From assembly GCA_964016885.1 (NCBI GenBank), contig OZ024740.1, positions 397,668,001-397,732,000 on the forward strand: a stretch of 64,000 bases of DNA. The letters run 5' to 3'. Below, in pieces: positions 11,824 through 24,319 of the stretch; position 1 is the stretch's first letter, and each line of letters opens with the position of its first letter. Below the pieces are notes generated by a model. It did not search any database, had not been told where the DNA came from, and saw nothing but the letters and a program-made list of their open reading frames with translations. The translations under genes were made by a program, and so were the position numbers. Origin of the DNA: Eledone cirrhosa (Eukaryota).

Positions 11824-13446
11824 CACTTTTTTGTTTTTAGACAACTTTTTGAAATTATAAAATCAAAATAATTAAATAATCAAGAAATTTTTTACTTAAG
11901 AGTTTTGTTAAATTTTGTAAAAAAAAAAAAAAATAATTTAAATTATATCGCACCTTTTGCTTCATAAACTCAGATATATAGAATGATCTTTTAGCTGAGT
12001 GTCAAAAAGAAATTTATCCAATATTCATCAGATTAGTTTGTTCAGAATATGTTTGATTTTATTGAAGATGAAATGGTTTTCATAAAATTCATACAAATGT
12101 ACTAATTATTCTTGAGATATAACTGTTATGCATCGAGTCAGGCGTTATTCAGATTTTTACAAGTTTCCTTTGTAAACTTGATGGTTTTTATAATAAGAAA
12201 ATCTCTTTAGTCAAACGAATAGAAAAATATTTATGAACTGGCGAGATAATACAAAGAAAACATTTGATGAAATGTTTTTATCAGCTGGATCTATTAGTAA
12301 CACTTGATATAAATATCATGTAATTAAAGTACTCATGGGTATATTTATTTATTTTCTCAATTTAAAGCTTATTTATATCTACTTGCCTATGAAAAAATAT
12401 TAATCTATATTTGGTTTAATATAATGTTGGCAATAAACCATTATTGTTTGAAATTTCTTTTTTATTTTCCATTTTTGTATCATCATTTGTCCATTATGTT
12501 TATAGTTTAAAGAAGCTTCAGTTAGCTGCTGCTTTGCATTTAAGAAAAACCTTTATTTCTAGATCAAAGCTATACTCATAGTGACTGGGAAAAACAAAAA
12601 TGGAATTGAGCTTTTGCTTCATTTAAAATAATTGCCTTCTACATTTTATAGTATCTAAATTAAATTTCTAATTGATATTATTTTTATTTATTCATTAATA
12701 CTCTTTATCTTTGGAGTGGTAATTGCCCTGTTATGAAAAGAAAAACCTCTTCAACCCTTGAAGATTGTCAAGGACTCATGCTTCTTTAACCTTCAAATTA
12801 CTATGTATGTCTTCTGAATGTATTTTCATTAAAGATATCTTTTAAGCTAACATTGTTTTGTGTTATTCCTTCTGGTGGAAGTGAGTAATTTGCAACTACA
12901 AGAAAGTAATTAATTATTGATCATTTAAGATTCATTTAAAGCTATGCTGTTATTGACTAAACTTTTTGATTTGAAAAATTACTTAAGACTTCCAATTACT
13001 CCTTTTAACCACATTTGTGATCATATTTCTAATGAAATATACTGTATTTCATTTGATTAATGAAGGTTTCAAGGGATTTACTAAAATTATTTCATTATTG
13101 AGATAGTATTTGTAACATTACTTAACAAAGGGTTCTTATATAAAATTGTGGAAAGCTTTTAATTTAAAGAACCCTTTAAAAATGGGTAGTTTTGTTTCAT
13201 AGAACCAGTGAAAGTTTTGGATAGATTGGTATCTAACAATTAAGGAGAGCAATATCTGTTTATCAAACACTTATGATTTTGATCATAAATTTTCTTTTAG
13301 ACAAGTTACTTCATTACATCAGTAATGTATTTTTAGTGAGTTTGTTTCAGCTATGAATTTTGATAACAACCTGCCTAAAATTAGCTATGTTAAAGTCTTC
13401 ATATTTGAAATTTATTTACTTTTGTTGTATAATTATATTAAAATTT

Positions 13447-14918
13447 ATCATCATCATCATTTTATGTCCATTCTTCGACGGGTTGTCTTGTGGGCAATGC
13501 CAGGTCAGGTGACCATGTCTTGCTCATACTGAACTGATTTAGCTGCTGGATGCCCTTCCTAACACCAACCTCATTTACAGTGAGTACTGGGTGATTTTTT
13601 TTGTCGTGACATCTACATGACCACTTTACAATGGGAGGGGGCGGGGGAATACTGTCTGTTTCGGGTCAGCTTGTACCTGTGGGAAGTCTGGTCTTCTGTA
13701 TAACTATGTAACACCAGAGGTCTCGCTCCTGTGTCATTGCCTTTGAGAGGTGCAATTGGTCAAGATCAACTTTTATCACCTCATTCCATGTCTTCTTGGG
13801 GTCGCCCCACTCCAAGGTTTCCATCGACTTTAAGTGTTCTGCACCTTTTTATGCAGCTGTCATCCTTCATACACATCACATGTCCATACCAACGTAATCT
13901 CCTCTCCTACACAGCATTTGATTCTTCTTATGCCTAGTCTCTCTCTTAATTCATTTATGCTTTGCTGTTCGAGTATATTACTATTACACATCCATCGGAG
14001 CATGCAAGCTTCATTTCTTTCTAGTCTACGCAATGCCCAGGTCACGCTGCCATGCAACATTATTGTTCGTATACACGCATCATACAGTCTGCCTTTCATT
14101 TTGAGGAAAAAGCCTTTTGCAGTTAGCAGTGGTAGTAGCTCCCTGAACTTCTCCCATCCTGTTCTTACCCTGGTTACTGTACTTTCAGAACACCCACCTC
14201 CACTGCTAATTCAGTCACCTAGGTAGCAGAAGCTGTCTACTGTTTCTACCAAGCCCTCCCAGAATTTGGTAGTGCTTGTTTGCTGCTTACTGTCTCTGTG
14301 CTACTGCTACATGTAAAGCCTACATTCTTAGCTAAACTTCCTGAGATCCCACTTCATCTCTTGTGTACCCATAGTTTGCATTTGGGGCAGAGGATGGAAT
14401 TTCTACCTACATCTTTCCTACATACTAAGCAAGGCCATTTACCTGAGGGGATCTGGGTTCTGTTTTCTCTTTTACTTACAAGGGACCTTAGTCTTTGTCA
14501 GGTTGACTGTGAGACCCCTTCTTTCTAGTCCCTGCTTCCAAGTTTGGAATTTCTTCTCTAGTTCCACCATAGATTCAACTATAAATGTAAGATCATTCGC
14601 ATACAGAAGTTCCCATAGGCATCCGGTCTTAAACTCCTCTGTTATAGCCTGCAATACGATAATAAACAGGAGAGGGCTTAGCACAGAGCCCTGGTGGACA
14701 CCAACCTGTATGCTAAATTCCTCGCTATAGTCATTGTTAACCCTAACTTTGCTGACTGCTCCCCTATACATGGCTTGTACAGCCTTCACAAACCATTCAT
14801 CTACTCCTAGTGTTTTAAGAGCCCACCACATTATAACACAGGACACTCTGTCGAAGGCATTTTTCCAGATCGACAAATGCCAAGTAGAGCTTACTTTTAG
14901 CTAGGTACTTTTCCTGGA
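13447..14918 (-). mobile_element. RTE-clade LINE, 5'-truncated and degraded
   Basis: Minus-strand ORFs 14472-14876 and 13860-14099 are homologous to the 587-1921 protein. (CAT)n tail at about 13447-13460. Confidence 0.9.
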
Positions 14919-16841
14919 AGAGAGGATCATAATTTTATTTAAGAAATTCTTGTTGAGTGATGTTCCAAATATCATCTTAATGAAAAAGCTGGTTATTTTA
15001 TTAAATTCTTATATTTGGATTATTTTCAAAATTAATTGAAATATAGCACACTGCACACAATTTTAGGAGCAGCCAAGAACTTTTTATTTTTTAGTTTCAT
15101 ATATGCTGTATTTGAAATTGATTTAAAACCATGCTGCACATAATCTATGCACTGGTTGATTATGTAAACCTCAATGTGATAGAGCATGTTGAATCTCTTT
15201 TTCTGTTGTTCAATCTGTTCATTTATAAGTGAGGGTTGGTGACAACAGTAATGTTATATAAATTAAAGGTATTGGATTATTGACCCATAGATTGAAACAC
15301 TACTGCAAGCCTGGTATGTTACTCAATTGGCTTTAGACTACATGTTCTCTTAAAGCCAGTGCTAACTTTGGATGTGTGACAAATCTCTTATTTAGGTTTT
15401 TACCACAGGTAAATTTTTCAGAAAATGTTCCTAGCAGCTAAATCTACCTTAAACATTGCCTTACTGTCTTAGAAAAGGGATATGGATAGTGTGGTCCTAG
15501 ATTCCCTGTACATTGGAAAAAGACATGTGATCACAGATAGAATGCCTTTGATCTTAGGCTCAATCTAGACTAACTTGGGGCTTGTCAGGAACAACTTGAG
15601 ATGAGTTATTTAAAATTAAGTGTTCTCTCCACAAACTCAACTAGAAGACTGCAGTGGCTATGAATTCATGACACATTTTCAACAGATATTCATGGGCCAT
15701 TTCATTTAGTCTGCTTAACAGGAGAATAAGTAGTTTTACATGTTTGCTTGACTTGCTATCAATAGCAACCATCTTGTACTCTGTTAAATATGGAAATTAC
15801 ACATTTAATAATGTAGTCCTAGACATGGAATACCTTTGATTATAGTTGATGTTGGAGCTAAACAACATAAATCCCAATAATTTGGTTGTCTTTCAGTTAT
15901 AAAATGCCTGCACAAATATGTCAAACAGATACCATATTTCCTGGTGTGAAATGCACCTTCGTTATGATTTACTATATATAAAAGAAAGTTGTATCTAGAA
16001 ATATATTCCCAACACTTCATCTACCTTACCAAAAGGTTTTATGGTTCCTTGATGTTTCTATTTGTTTGCACAAGTATTGTTTTTCTTATAGTTATCTAAC
16101 CATATCATGAAAAAAACAATTTAAAGTCATATGATGTATGGGATATAGAAAATAAACTCTTTCACTATCTCCAGTGCCAACAGTTTTTATTTTAATAACG
16201 TTCTCCTTAATACTAAGAATAATAAAAATAGTAATAAAATGATTTGTCAAGGATAAGATTTAATGCCAAATGTTACATTATTCATGTAATGAGTTATATA
16301 ACATTTGACATTACATCTATTCACAGAAGAGCTGTCAAATATTTGGGTGACTCTCAGCTGGCAACTTAATAATGTTCAAAGTCCAAGGAAAAAGTTCAGT
16401 TTGTATGCTGTGAGGAAACAAGTATTTTGATGTTGCAAGCAAATCAGAGAACATTTGGCATGAGAATACTCATTAAAAGTTGATGTACTTAGGTGTACAT
16501 ATATTGACTAGAGGAGTTAAATGAAACTGGAAATGGACTCTTGTGGTTCCTGTTTACATTGGAGATGTCATTAGCAGAAGGTCACAATAAACTTACAAAA
16601 CTGGAGTTTGTAAATCTAACCTAAATACATAGGCCATCCTTCTATTTAGCTATGGGTTTTCTGATACATAAATCAGTTTAAGCGTTTGGGAGAATATAAA
16701 GGTTAATTTTTAATGACCACATTTTAACTGTTCTGTCATGGCTTTTCTCTTTCTCCACATATGTCCTAAACTTTTAGATAATTTTCTTATTCTAGCTACC
16801 TCTATTTGTGTTGTTTTTTCAACATATTCTTGCTTTCACTA

Positions 16842-17200
16842 TTTGGCAGTATCGGTAGAGCGTCAGAGACCATGTTTTGCAGCATAGTTATGGCCCTTTG
16901 CGTTCTGAGTTCAAATCCACCGAGGTTAACTTTGCCTTTCATCCTTACGAGGTCGATAAAATAAAGTACCAGTGGTGCACTGGGGTAATCGCTGGCCTTG
17001 TGCCAAAGGTAGAAACACTATTTGGCAGTATCGGTAGAGGGTCGGACGCCATGCTTTCCAGCATAGTTACGTCCCTTTATGGTCGGAGTTCAAATCCTGT
17101 CGAGGTTTACTTTTCCTTTCATCCTTACGGGGTCGATAAAATAAAGTACCGGTAATGTACTGAGTAATTGCTGGCCTTGTGCCAAAAGTAGAAACAACTA
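16842..17200 (+). mobile_element. Two tandem Meta-like SINE copies
   Basis: Head-to-tail copies at about 16842-17018 and 17021-17200, both preceded by CACTATTTGGCAG. Confidence 0.85.
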
Positions 17201-17656
17201 TTAATTCCCTCACAAACAATTTATAAGTTTTTAGTAATTCTTTTTAATTTAATTTTAATTTTTTTTTGGGGGGGGGGGGGGGGTCAATTGCTCAACAATT
17301 GAAATTAAAATAAAAGTCTTTGCATGGAACATGGTGCAGCAATAACGATGAAACAAGCTACCAACATTAGATTCAATGTTATTCTAAAGGTATAACAATC
17401 ATATGGACTATAGTACCATCAAGCAAAAACTGATATAATTGTTGATGATTTTATTGACAATGATTCTGCTTAAAATATACAATGTTCTTTATTCAAAACT
17501 ACTGATCAAATTAACTTGTACAATATAAACCCATTAAAATAAAAGTATGTCTATAAAATTGATTGATAAATTATCTTATAGTCCTAGTCAACACATAACA
17601 AGGAATGTTTAAAATGATAATTAGACCCATATTAATCTGGTATACTGGTATATTAA

Positions 17657-17852
17657 CCCTTTAGCATTTAAACCGGCCATATCTGGCCAGAATTCTCTCA
17701 CTTTCTCTTCAAATTCGTTGTAACTGGCCACTCACACTGATATTAAGGTATTGTCAAAATAATACCAAAATCTCAGATTTAATATTATTTAAAGTAAAGC
17801 CTTTATTGCAAAAATATAATAGTTAATATACAGTGATGTAAATGCTAAAGGG
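17657..17852. mobile_element. piggyBac-like MITE
   Basis: TTAA|CCCTTTAGCATTTA ... TAAATGCTAAAGGG|TTAA (14-bp TIR, TTAA TSD). Confidence 0.85.
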
Positions 17853-19639
17853 TTAAGAAACTTATTGAATCTTATATCTACAAAATATTTCACTGCCTTC
17901 GAGAGTAATTTAGCTAATTTTATTGACACCAATCCATTTTCTGGTGCATATTTTATTAACAGTCAGGGAAGAATAAAATTAATCTAGGAGTAAGGGGGTA
18001 TAACTGCAACAGAACCAAATACTAATATTGCTTTTGTATGCATCGGTTCCTTAAACAAATGTACTATAGTATATATATATATCTTATTAGCCACTTTGGA
18101 CCCTCATTCTGCTACTAGTTTTGTACATTATACAGGGAAAATATGAGTAGGAACAAACTACAGTGTAGTAAATGCAACTGATGGACTCACAAAGGTGCTG
18201 CAGCATCTTTGGAAAACTCATAAGGAATGAAGCTGAGATACATCAGAAATATACATGAAAAAGTGAATGTGTGTGTGTGTGTGTAAACAGGCATTGCTGT
18301 ATGGTTAAGAAGTTTCCTTAGCAACCAGATGGTTCCACATTCAATCCTACAGCATGGCACTTTGGACCGGTGTCTTTTATTATAGTCTTGAGTTAAGCAA
18401 TGTCTTGTGAGTAAAATTTAAGAAAATAAAAGAACTTAATAAGGAATACATCAATAAATCTATTTTGGTCATGGTCTGATGATGTAACCAATTAGCCACA
18501 GAAATACATTTTATTGGAATCTGGTCTTCACATGTTTTTCACTAAGGTATATACATATATGTATATCATCATTATCATCACTTTTGCGATATGGGCATGG
18601 GTAGGACAGGGCGTTTAAGGCAGTATTTTATGGACAGATGCCAATCCCTTTGGTCACCTGATGTCATGCCATGTAAATATATATACTCTATGACCTATAT
18701 ACACCCTATAATGTTAAAGGAAGTACACGTTGGATTATCTAGTCCTAGATTCACTATATTCTGAAGAAAAGTTGGATTGTTTATGGCCGGAATACCTTTC
18801 ATTATAGATCTGCTTCATCATAACAAACTTTATGGTAAACAACAATGAATACGAGCATACTGGGAATATTCTTCCCTTCCTATAAACATTTCCTAGCAGG
18901 AGAAAGAGTACTGTCAATGTATGTGATGATCAAGATGGCAAACTGTTTCATCTTTGCACCAGCAATGTCAATATACGAACAGTGCAAGTTTCAGTCATGG
19001 CAGTTATTTGTTTATGATTCTGGAGTAGAATGAACCTCTACTGATTTTGATATTGAGTGTTCCAGTTGTCTAGTTAACAGAATAGCTTGCTCATGTAATT
19101 AACCTGCAAGTGACTAGGCATTCTGCAACATGTATACCCTTAATGTAATTCACAGGAGGATTCAGCATGACACTGTGTGACAAGGCTGGCCTTTTGAATT
19201 ACAGGTATAGTCTTCCCAATTTTATTCATAAAACTTGGGTTGGTCCAAGGCTAAATGATGCAATGCAGTGGGATCAAACCTGAGACTTTATGATTTTGAA
19301 GCAAATTTCATAACCAGGATATATGTCACAGAATCTTCAAAATCATGTACTGCATATACTTGTATATAACTCATACCTTTCCCCATGAAAATACATTTAA
19401 AAACCCATCATTTGACTTACTACTTGACCAACAAATACCTCACTTCAAAGTATATGGTACATTGTAAATGTTCTGTGTAAAATGAAGGTGTGATTTATAC
19501 ATGAGTATATACAGTATGTGACAAATTAAATTAGTATTTGCTTGTAAAGATTTGTTATGCAAATACCTCTACTTAACAAAAAAAAAAGTTGACATCAAGA
19601 ATGCTGCTTTCAAAGTGTTGTTCAACCCATGTAAATGTG

Positions 19640-22540
19640 ATGATGATATAGATATATACTTAGGTGAGACAGCAAGCACCACTTCACGCCATCTGTTTCC
19701 CATCAAGGTTTGTAAGTCATTTTTGTCAATTCCAGTGTCTCTTGCTATGGTATCCTGGAATCTGAGCTTTCTGGTAGAGGAGATCTCCCACAAGAAGAAG
19801 TCTGAAACCATCTCATTTTTTGTGTGCAAACAGTGACCAGCAAATCTTATATCATGTTGAATCAGCTGTGCACTTACTTTGTGGATTTTTCCATATATCT
19901 GATTAAGCATGGGATGGCTCTGCCAAGGAATATTTTGAGCTTTTCTCAGAAGGGTCGTGTAACATCCATCTAAATGGCTCTGTAAATGGGAGTGCAAGGT
20001 CCAAGTCTCAGAACTATAGAGAAGATAGGCTCTACTGTTGCTCTAAACAGGCTGATTTTAAGTATAAAATGATGATTCATATATTGGATCTCCAAATTTT
20101 ATCCAGCTTATGAAATGCATTCCAGGCTACATATTTGGAAGTCCTTTTCTGAGTTCATTATAATGGAACGGTGAATTGGCAGTATCGGTAGAGGGTTGGA
20201 CGCCATGCTTTGATGCATAGAGTTACGGCCCTTGCCATTCTGAGTTCAAATCCCGCCTAAGTTAACTTTGCCTTTCATCCTTACGGGGTCGATAAAATAA
20301 AAGTACCAGTAATGCACTGGGATAATTGCTGGCCTTGTGCCAAAAGTAGAAACAATTATAATGGAACCAAAGTACTTAAAGTCTTCTACATGCTTTATGG
20401 GTTTCCTGTTTACTCTGACTATGCTAATTCAACTTCTGTTGAGATAAAGTTTTTGAATCATTACAGTACAGTCCAACATAAACAGCAGCACATGAAGGTA
20501 TTTGCTACTGAGTTTGAGGTAAGAGCCAAATCATCAGCAAAGACGAGATCAGTGACAAATTCAGCAGGACATCTGCTGCTTCTGGGCTTAAGCATTAACC
20601 ATTTCATCTTATTACTATCCGATGAAATATGTAGTCCAGAATAATTATAAAGAGAAAAGGGGCTACAGTATCCCCTTCAAGAACCCAGCCCCTACATCGA
20701 AATATTCTGTTTCTGACATCTGGGGTTATGACGTATGATTTTGTGCTGCTGTATAATGATCTTATTGCTTTAGCTATCTTCTCTGGAATGCCATAAAGTG
20801 ACAGTATACTAGACATTACTTCTCGATTGATTGAGTCAACTGCTTTAATAAAGTCGACAAAAATTATGCAAAATTATTTATTGTCATGGCTCATTTCTTC
20901 AATGAGAGGAATTGTGCAGTTATGGAACATCCTCTATAAAACCTTTTTTTATTTCTTCTCAAATTGCCATTCAGGAAAGGAAACATCCTGTTAAGAATCA
21001 GCTTGTTGACCTTAGTAGCAATAGCTGTGAGTGAGATACTTCGATAATTTTTAAGTAGTTCAAGATTTCCCTTCTTTAGAAATGGAATTATGTCTGAGGT
21101 GAGCCAAAGTGGAGGATCATTTTGGGTGTCGTATACAAGGTTGCAGAGTTCAAGGTATATTGTCAGGACCAATGACCTTATTTTTAGGTAGATTCTCAAG
21201 TACAGCCTGTAATTCTTCAATTGTAAATGATATTGAGTGGATCAGAACCCTAAATTTTGGGAGGATCAGGTGTTACTTTAGGAGGTTCTTCAAGAAGTTT
21301 GCCAACCATCCACATTTACATTTTTGGGCTGAGCCACCTTGAATAGTGAGAGAAGATTTCTCCTTTCTACTGCCTATCTCATGAATAGATTGCCAAGCCG
21401 CCACATGTTGACCTGCTCTATGCTGAGCAGGTCAATATGATTTTTTTTTCTTGAAGTAGCTTGGCAGTGGATGCTTGAAGATCATTTCGTACTCTAGGCT
21501 TTTGCTTTGTTCTCCAAGGTGGAGACAAATTAAATTCATTATTTGCTTTGGCAAGTTCATCCTTTGCTTTTCTGACCTTGTAGATTGAAACCACACTCTT
21601 TTTGTTGTTGTTTTTCGTTTTGTGGGGCAATATCCTCCACACTCTCTTTGGTGAGATTATATTTGGCAATTGCATTTGTATCTTCAGAGCATAGGGATGA
21701 GAAGTAATTAAAAACTGAAACAACATAGTTGTTTGACAGGTTGTTATCATTGGTAATAAGATGCCAGTCAATGTATTTCAAAGGATTTCCTGTCTGCTGT
21801 TTCTGTGTGCAAAAGCTGAGTTTTACTTTTGCAGATGCTATCCTGTGATCTGACAGTACACTGTTGAAGAGTAGGCATGGCAATTTTTAATGCTGTTAAT
21901 CCACTTCCTTCCTACTAAGACATAATCCAACTGAACCCTGCTTCCAGAAGAGTATTGAAAAGTTCAAACTTTATTTGGTGTGTTCATTGCTGTGAGATTG
22001 TGTTCAGTCGCAGTCTACCAACTTTAATTCATTTCTATTAGTTTGGATGTGAAAATACAATCTTGTATCAAATCTTCTCAGTTTAGCATTGAAATCTTCA
22101 CAGACTAGCAAGAGATTATGAGCAGGCACATATCTACAGACTGATTTAACGTCTTCTTAAAATTCATCTTTTTCTGGACTGCAATTGTGAAGGATATAGC
22201 AGCTGATAACTGTGGTTACAGGATTTGATGTCAATTCAACAATTGGAAAGCTTTTAAATTTTTGTGATGCATTCACAAGCTTTCCTAGATGTAAGAAATT
22301 CAACACCTCTGCTAGATATATTTATTTCATTTTTCCACCAAGAACTTGTAATATGTTGATAATCAAGATGTTTTTAGTGATACTTGATTTCATCATCTGG
22401 GTGAGAAACTTTGAATACAAACAATATCAATATTGTAAGTGTTTGCAAGTCAGCACATTTCCTCGGTGCAACCAGCTGGGTTCAGTGTACGTGTGTTGAG
22501 GGAACTTTGTGAGGTAGCTTTGGTCCACCTTACAAACTTA
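19640..22540 (-). mobile_element. Old, nearly full-length RTE-X-like LINE (decayed APE + RT)
   Basis: Minus-strand fragments read LDGCYTTLLRKAQNIPWQSH...YG...RFAGHC (RTE-X-type C-terminus), KGNLELLKNYRSISLT, LEGDTVAPFLFIIILDY and SDHRI (APE end). Many stops. The clade call is from motif recall. Confidence 0.75.
20169..20358 (+). mobile_element. Meta-like SINE inserted in the RTE-X remnant
   Basis: Flanked by the duplication TTATAATGGAAC (about 20158-20169 and 20356-20367). Confidence 0.85.
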
Positions 22541-22805
22541 AGCTTAGATATTGACAATAAGTGTAACCACAGTCGGTTAGGCTAATCGGCCACGTTTTCT
22601 CATCAATGAGGGTATTTTACTCGATTTTCTAAGCTATTATTGATAGTAATCGACTATCGTTACAACTATTTTCAGCATTTGGCATTCCTACATTTTCTAA
22701 GAATTTAAAAACTACACAACGTTCCAATAGTTTATATATGTAGAATGTTGTTTACATCCAAAGCTGTTCGTCTAGCTAGATTGTTCAGCTGAAATCAGTT
22801 GTGAA

Positions 22806-22882
22806 AGACCATTTAGCTCAATGGTAAGAGCACTCAAATGGAATTTGTGAGATATTGAGTTTGTTTCTCCATAGCGGAACCA
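22806..22882 (+). pseudogene. Degenerate tRNA-like sequence (tRNA pseudogene or SINE head)
   Basis: TAGCTCAATGGTAAGAGCA D-arm/A box and a terminal ...GGAACCA, but a broken B box and no clean cloverleaf. Confidence 0.35.
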
Positions 22883-23004
22883 GGTCAAATTTTTCTATCC
22901 ATAGGTGTACCTTACCCAATTTTCTAAGCTAAACTAGAAATTAATTTATTCGATCTTAACGAAACACATCCGTATGTGTGTAGTTTATGCACTCAAATAG
23001 TTAC

Positions 23005-23624
23005 TATCCATATAGATATAAAATATCTGTTGTCAGATTTATCCTTAGACGAGTTTGGAAAGTTTCTTCCACTAAAGAAATGTTAAATAAGCAAATTTTA
23101 TGAGTAAAACAGACATTTGTTAATAATGGTTTCTGCTTTAGGCACAAGGCCAACAATTTTAGAGGAGAGAAAAGTCGATTAAATCGACCACAGTTAACTT
23201 TGCCTTTCGTCCTTACGAGGTCGATAAAATAAAGTACCAGTAATACACTGAGATAATTGCTGGCCTTGTGCCAAAAGTAGAAACAATTATTAACAAACGT
23301 CCAGTATCGGTAGAGCCTAGAAGAACATGCTTTGCGGCAGAGTTACGGCCCTTTACATTCTGAGTTCAAATCCCGCAGAGGTTAGCTTTGCCTTTCATCC
23401 TTACGTGGTCAATAAAATAAAGCACGAGTAACGGACTGGGGTCGATTTAATTGACTTTCCCCTCCCCCAAAATTGCTGGCCTTGTGCCTAAATAAGAAAC
23501 CATTATTAACACATGTCTATTTTCCTCATAAAATTTGCTTATTTAAAATTTCTTTAGTGGAAGAAAATTTCAAAACTCGTCTAAGAAGAAATTTGATAAC
23601 AGATATTTTACATCTATGGGGATA
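23005..23624. repeat. Diverged inverted repeat of about 190 bp (SINE tail plus unique flank) around SINE fragments
   Basis: About 23005-23194 is the reverse complement of about 23435-23624, with scattered mismatches. Confidence 0.85.
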
Positions 23625-24319
23625 CTAAATGATTATCCTAGTAGATTAGAGTACCACACCAAACTAATATTAAAGCATCACCAATCAAAAATACACAAAC
23701 TACATATTGTAAACTAAGACGAACCTAATTTCCCTCAGTTACAGAATGGATTAATACAGCATTTAAAAATAAAAAAACTCATAAAGCAGAACACATCATG
23801 TATCGTACTTAATCACTCGCAGTTATAAGCTATTTACAAAAAAAGTATTAGAACGATACAAGAAAATAACATTGTAATAATAGCATATTAGTATAATATA
23901 CCATTTTGGATGTTAATCGATCATTAGAAGATAGATACAGGGAGGAGAGATAAGAAAAGGGAAGAATGGCGAGGAAAATGGATAAAATAGGACAGTAAAC
24001 GTGTACCTGAGTGATTAAGAAGTTTGTTAAACAACCATGAGTGGTTTGGACCCATTCGGTGGAATCTTGGGCAACCAAAGTCTTGGGAGTGAGATTGGCA
24101 TAACAGAAACTGTTTGGAAACCTTCCGGGTGGACTGTATTTAAAGATGAAGACTCGAGATATCGTACCACGCTGATTCCATATGAGAATTATAATTTTGT
24201 GGAAGACTCAGCCACTGTACATGCTAATCCAATGAATGGGTTATATATATAGAGATATATATTTAGAGATATATATTTAATATATATAATTAATATATAT
24301 ATATATTTAATATATATAT

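Noticed and set aside
18735-19033. Possible coding exon in a less AT-rich stretch
   Set aside because: The frames read from plausible acceptors hit stops quickly and no protein motif was recognised.
24037-24252. 71-aa ORF that looks like a plausible small protein
   Set aside because: The reverse strand resembles the old SINE-like repeat also seen at about 60175-60300. There is no splice context or recognisable domain, and it runs into (TA)n.
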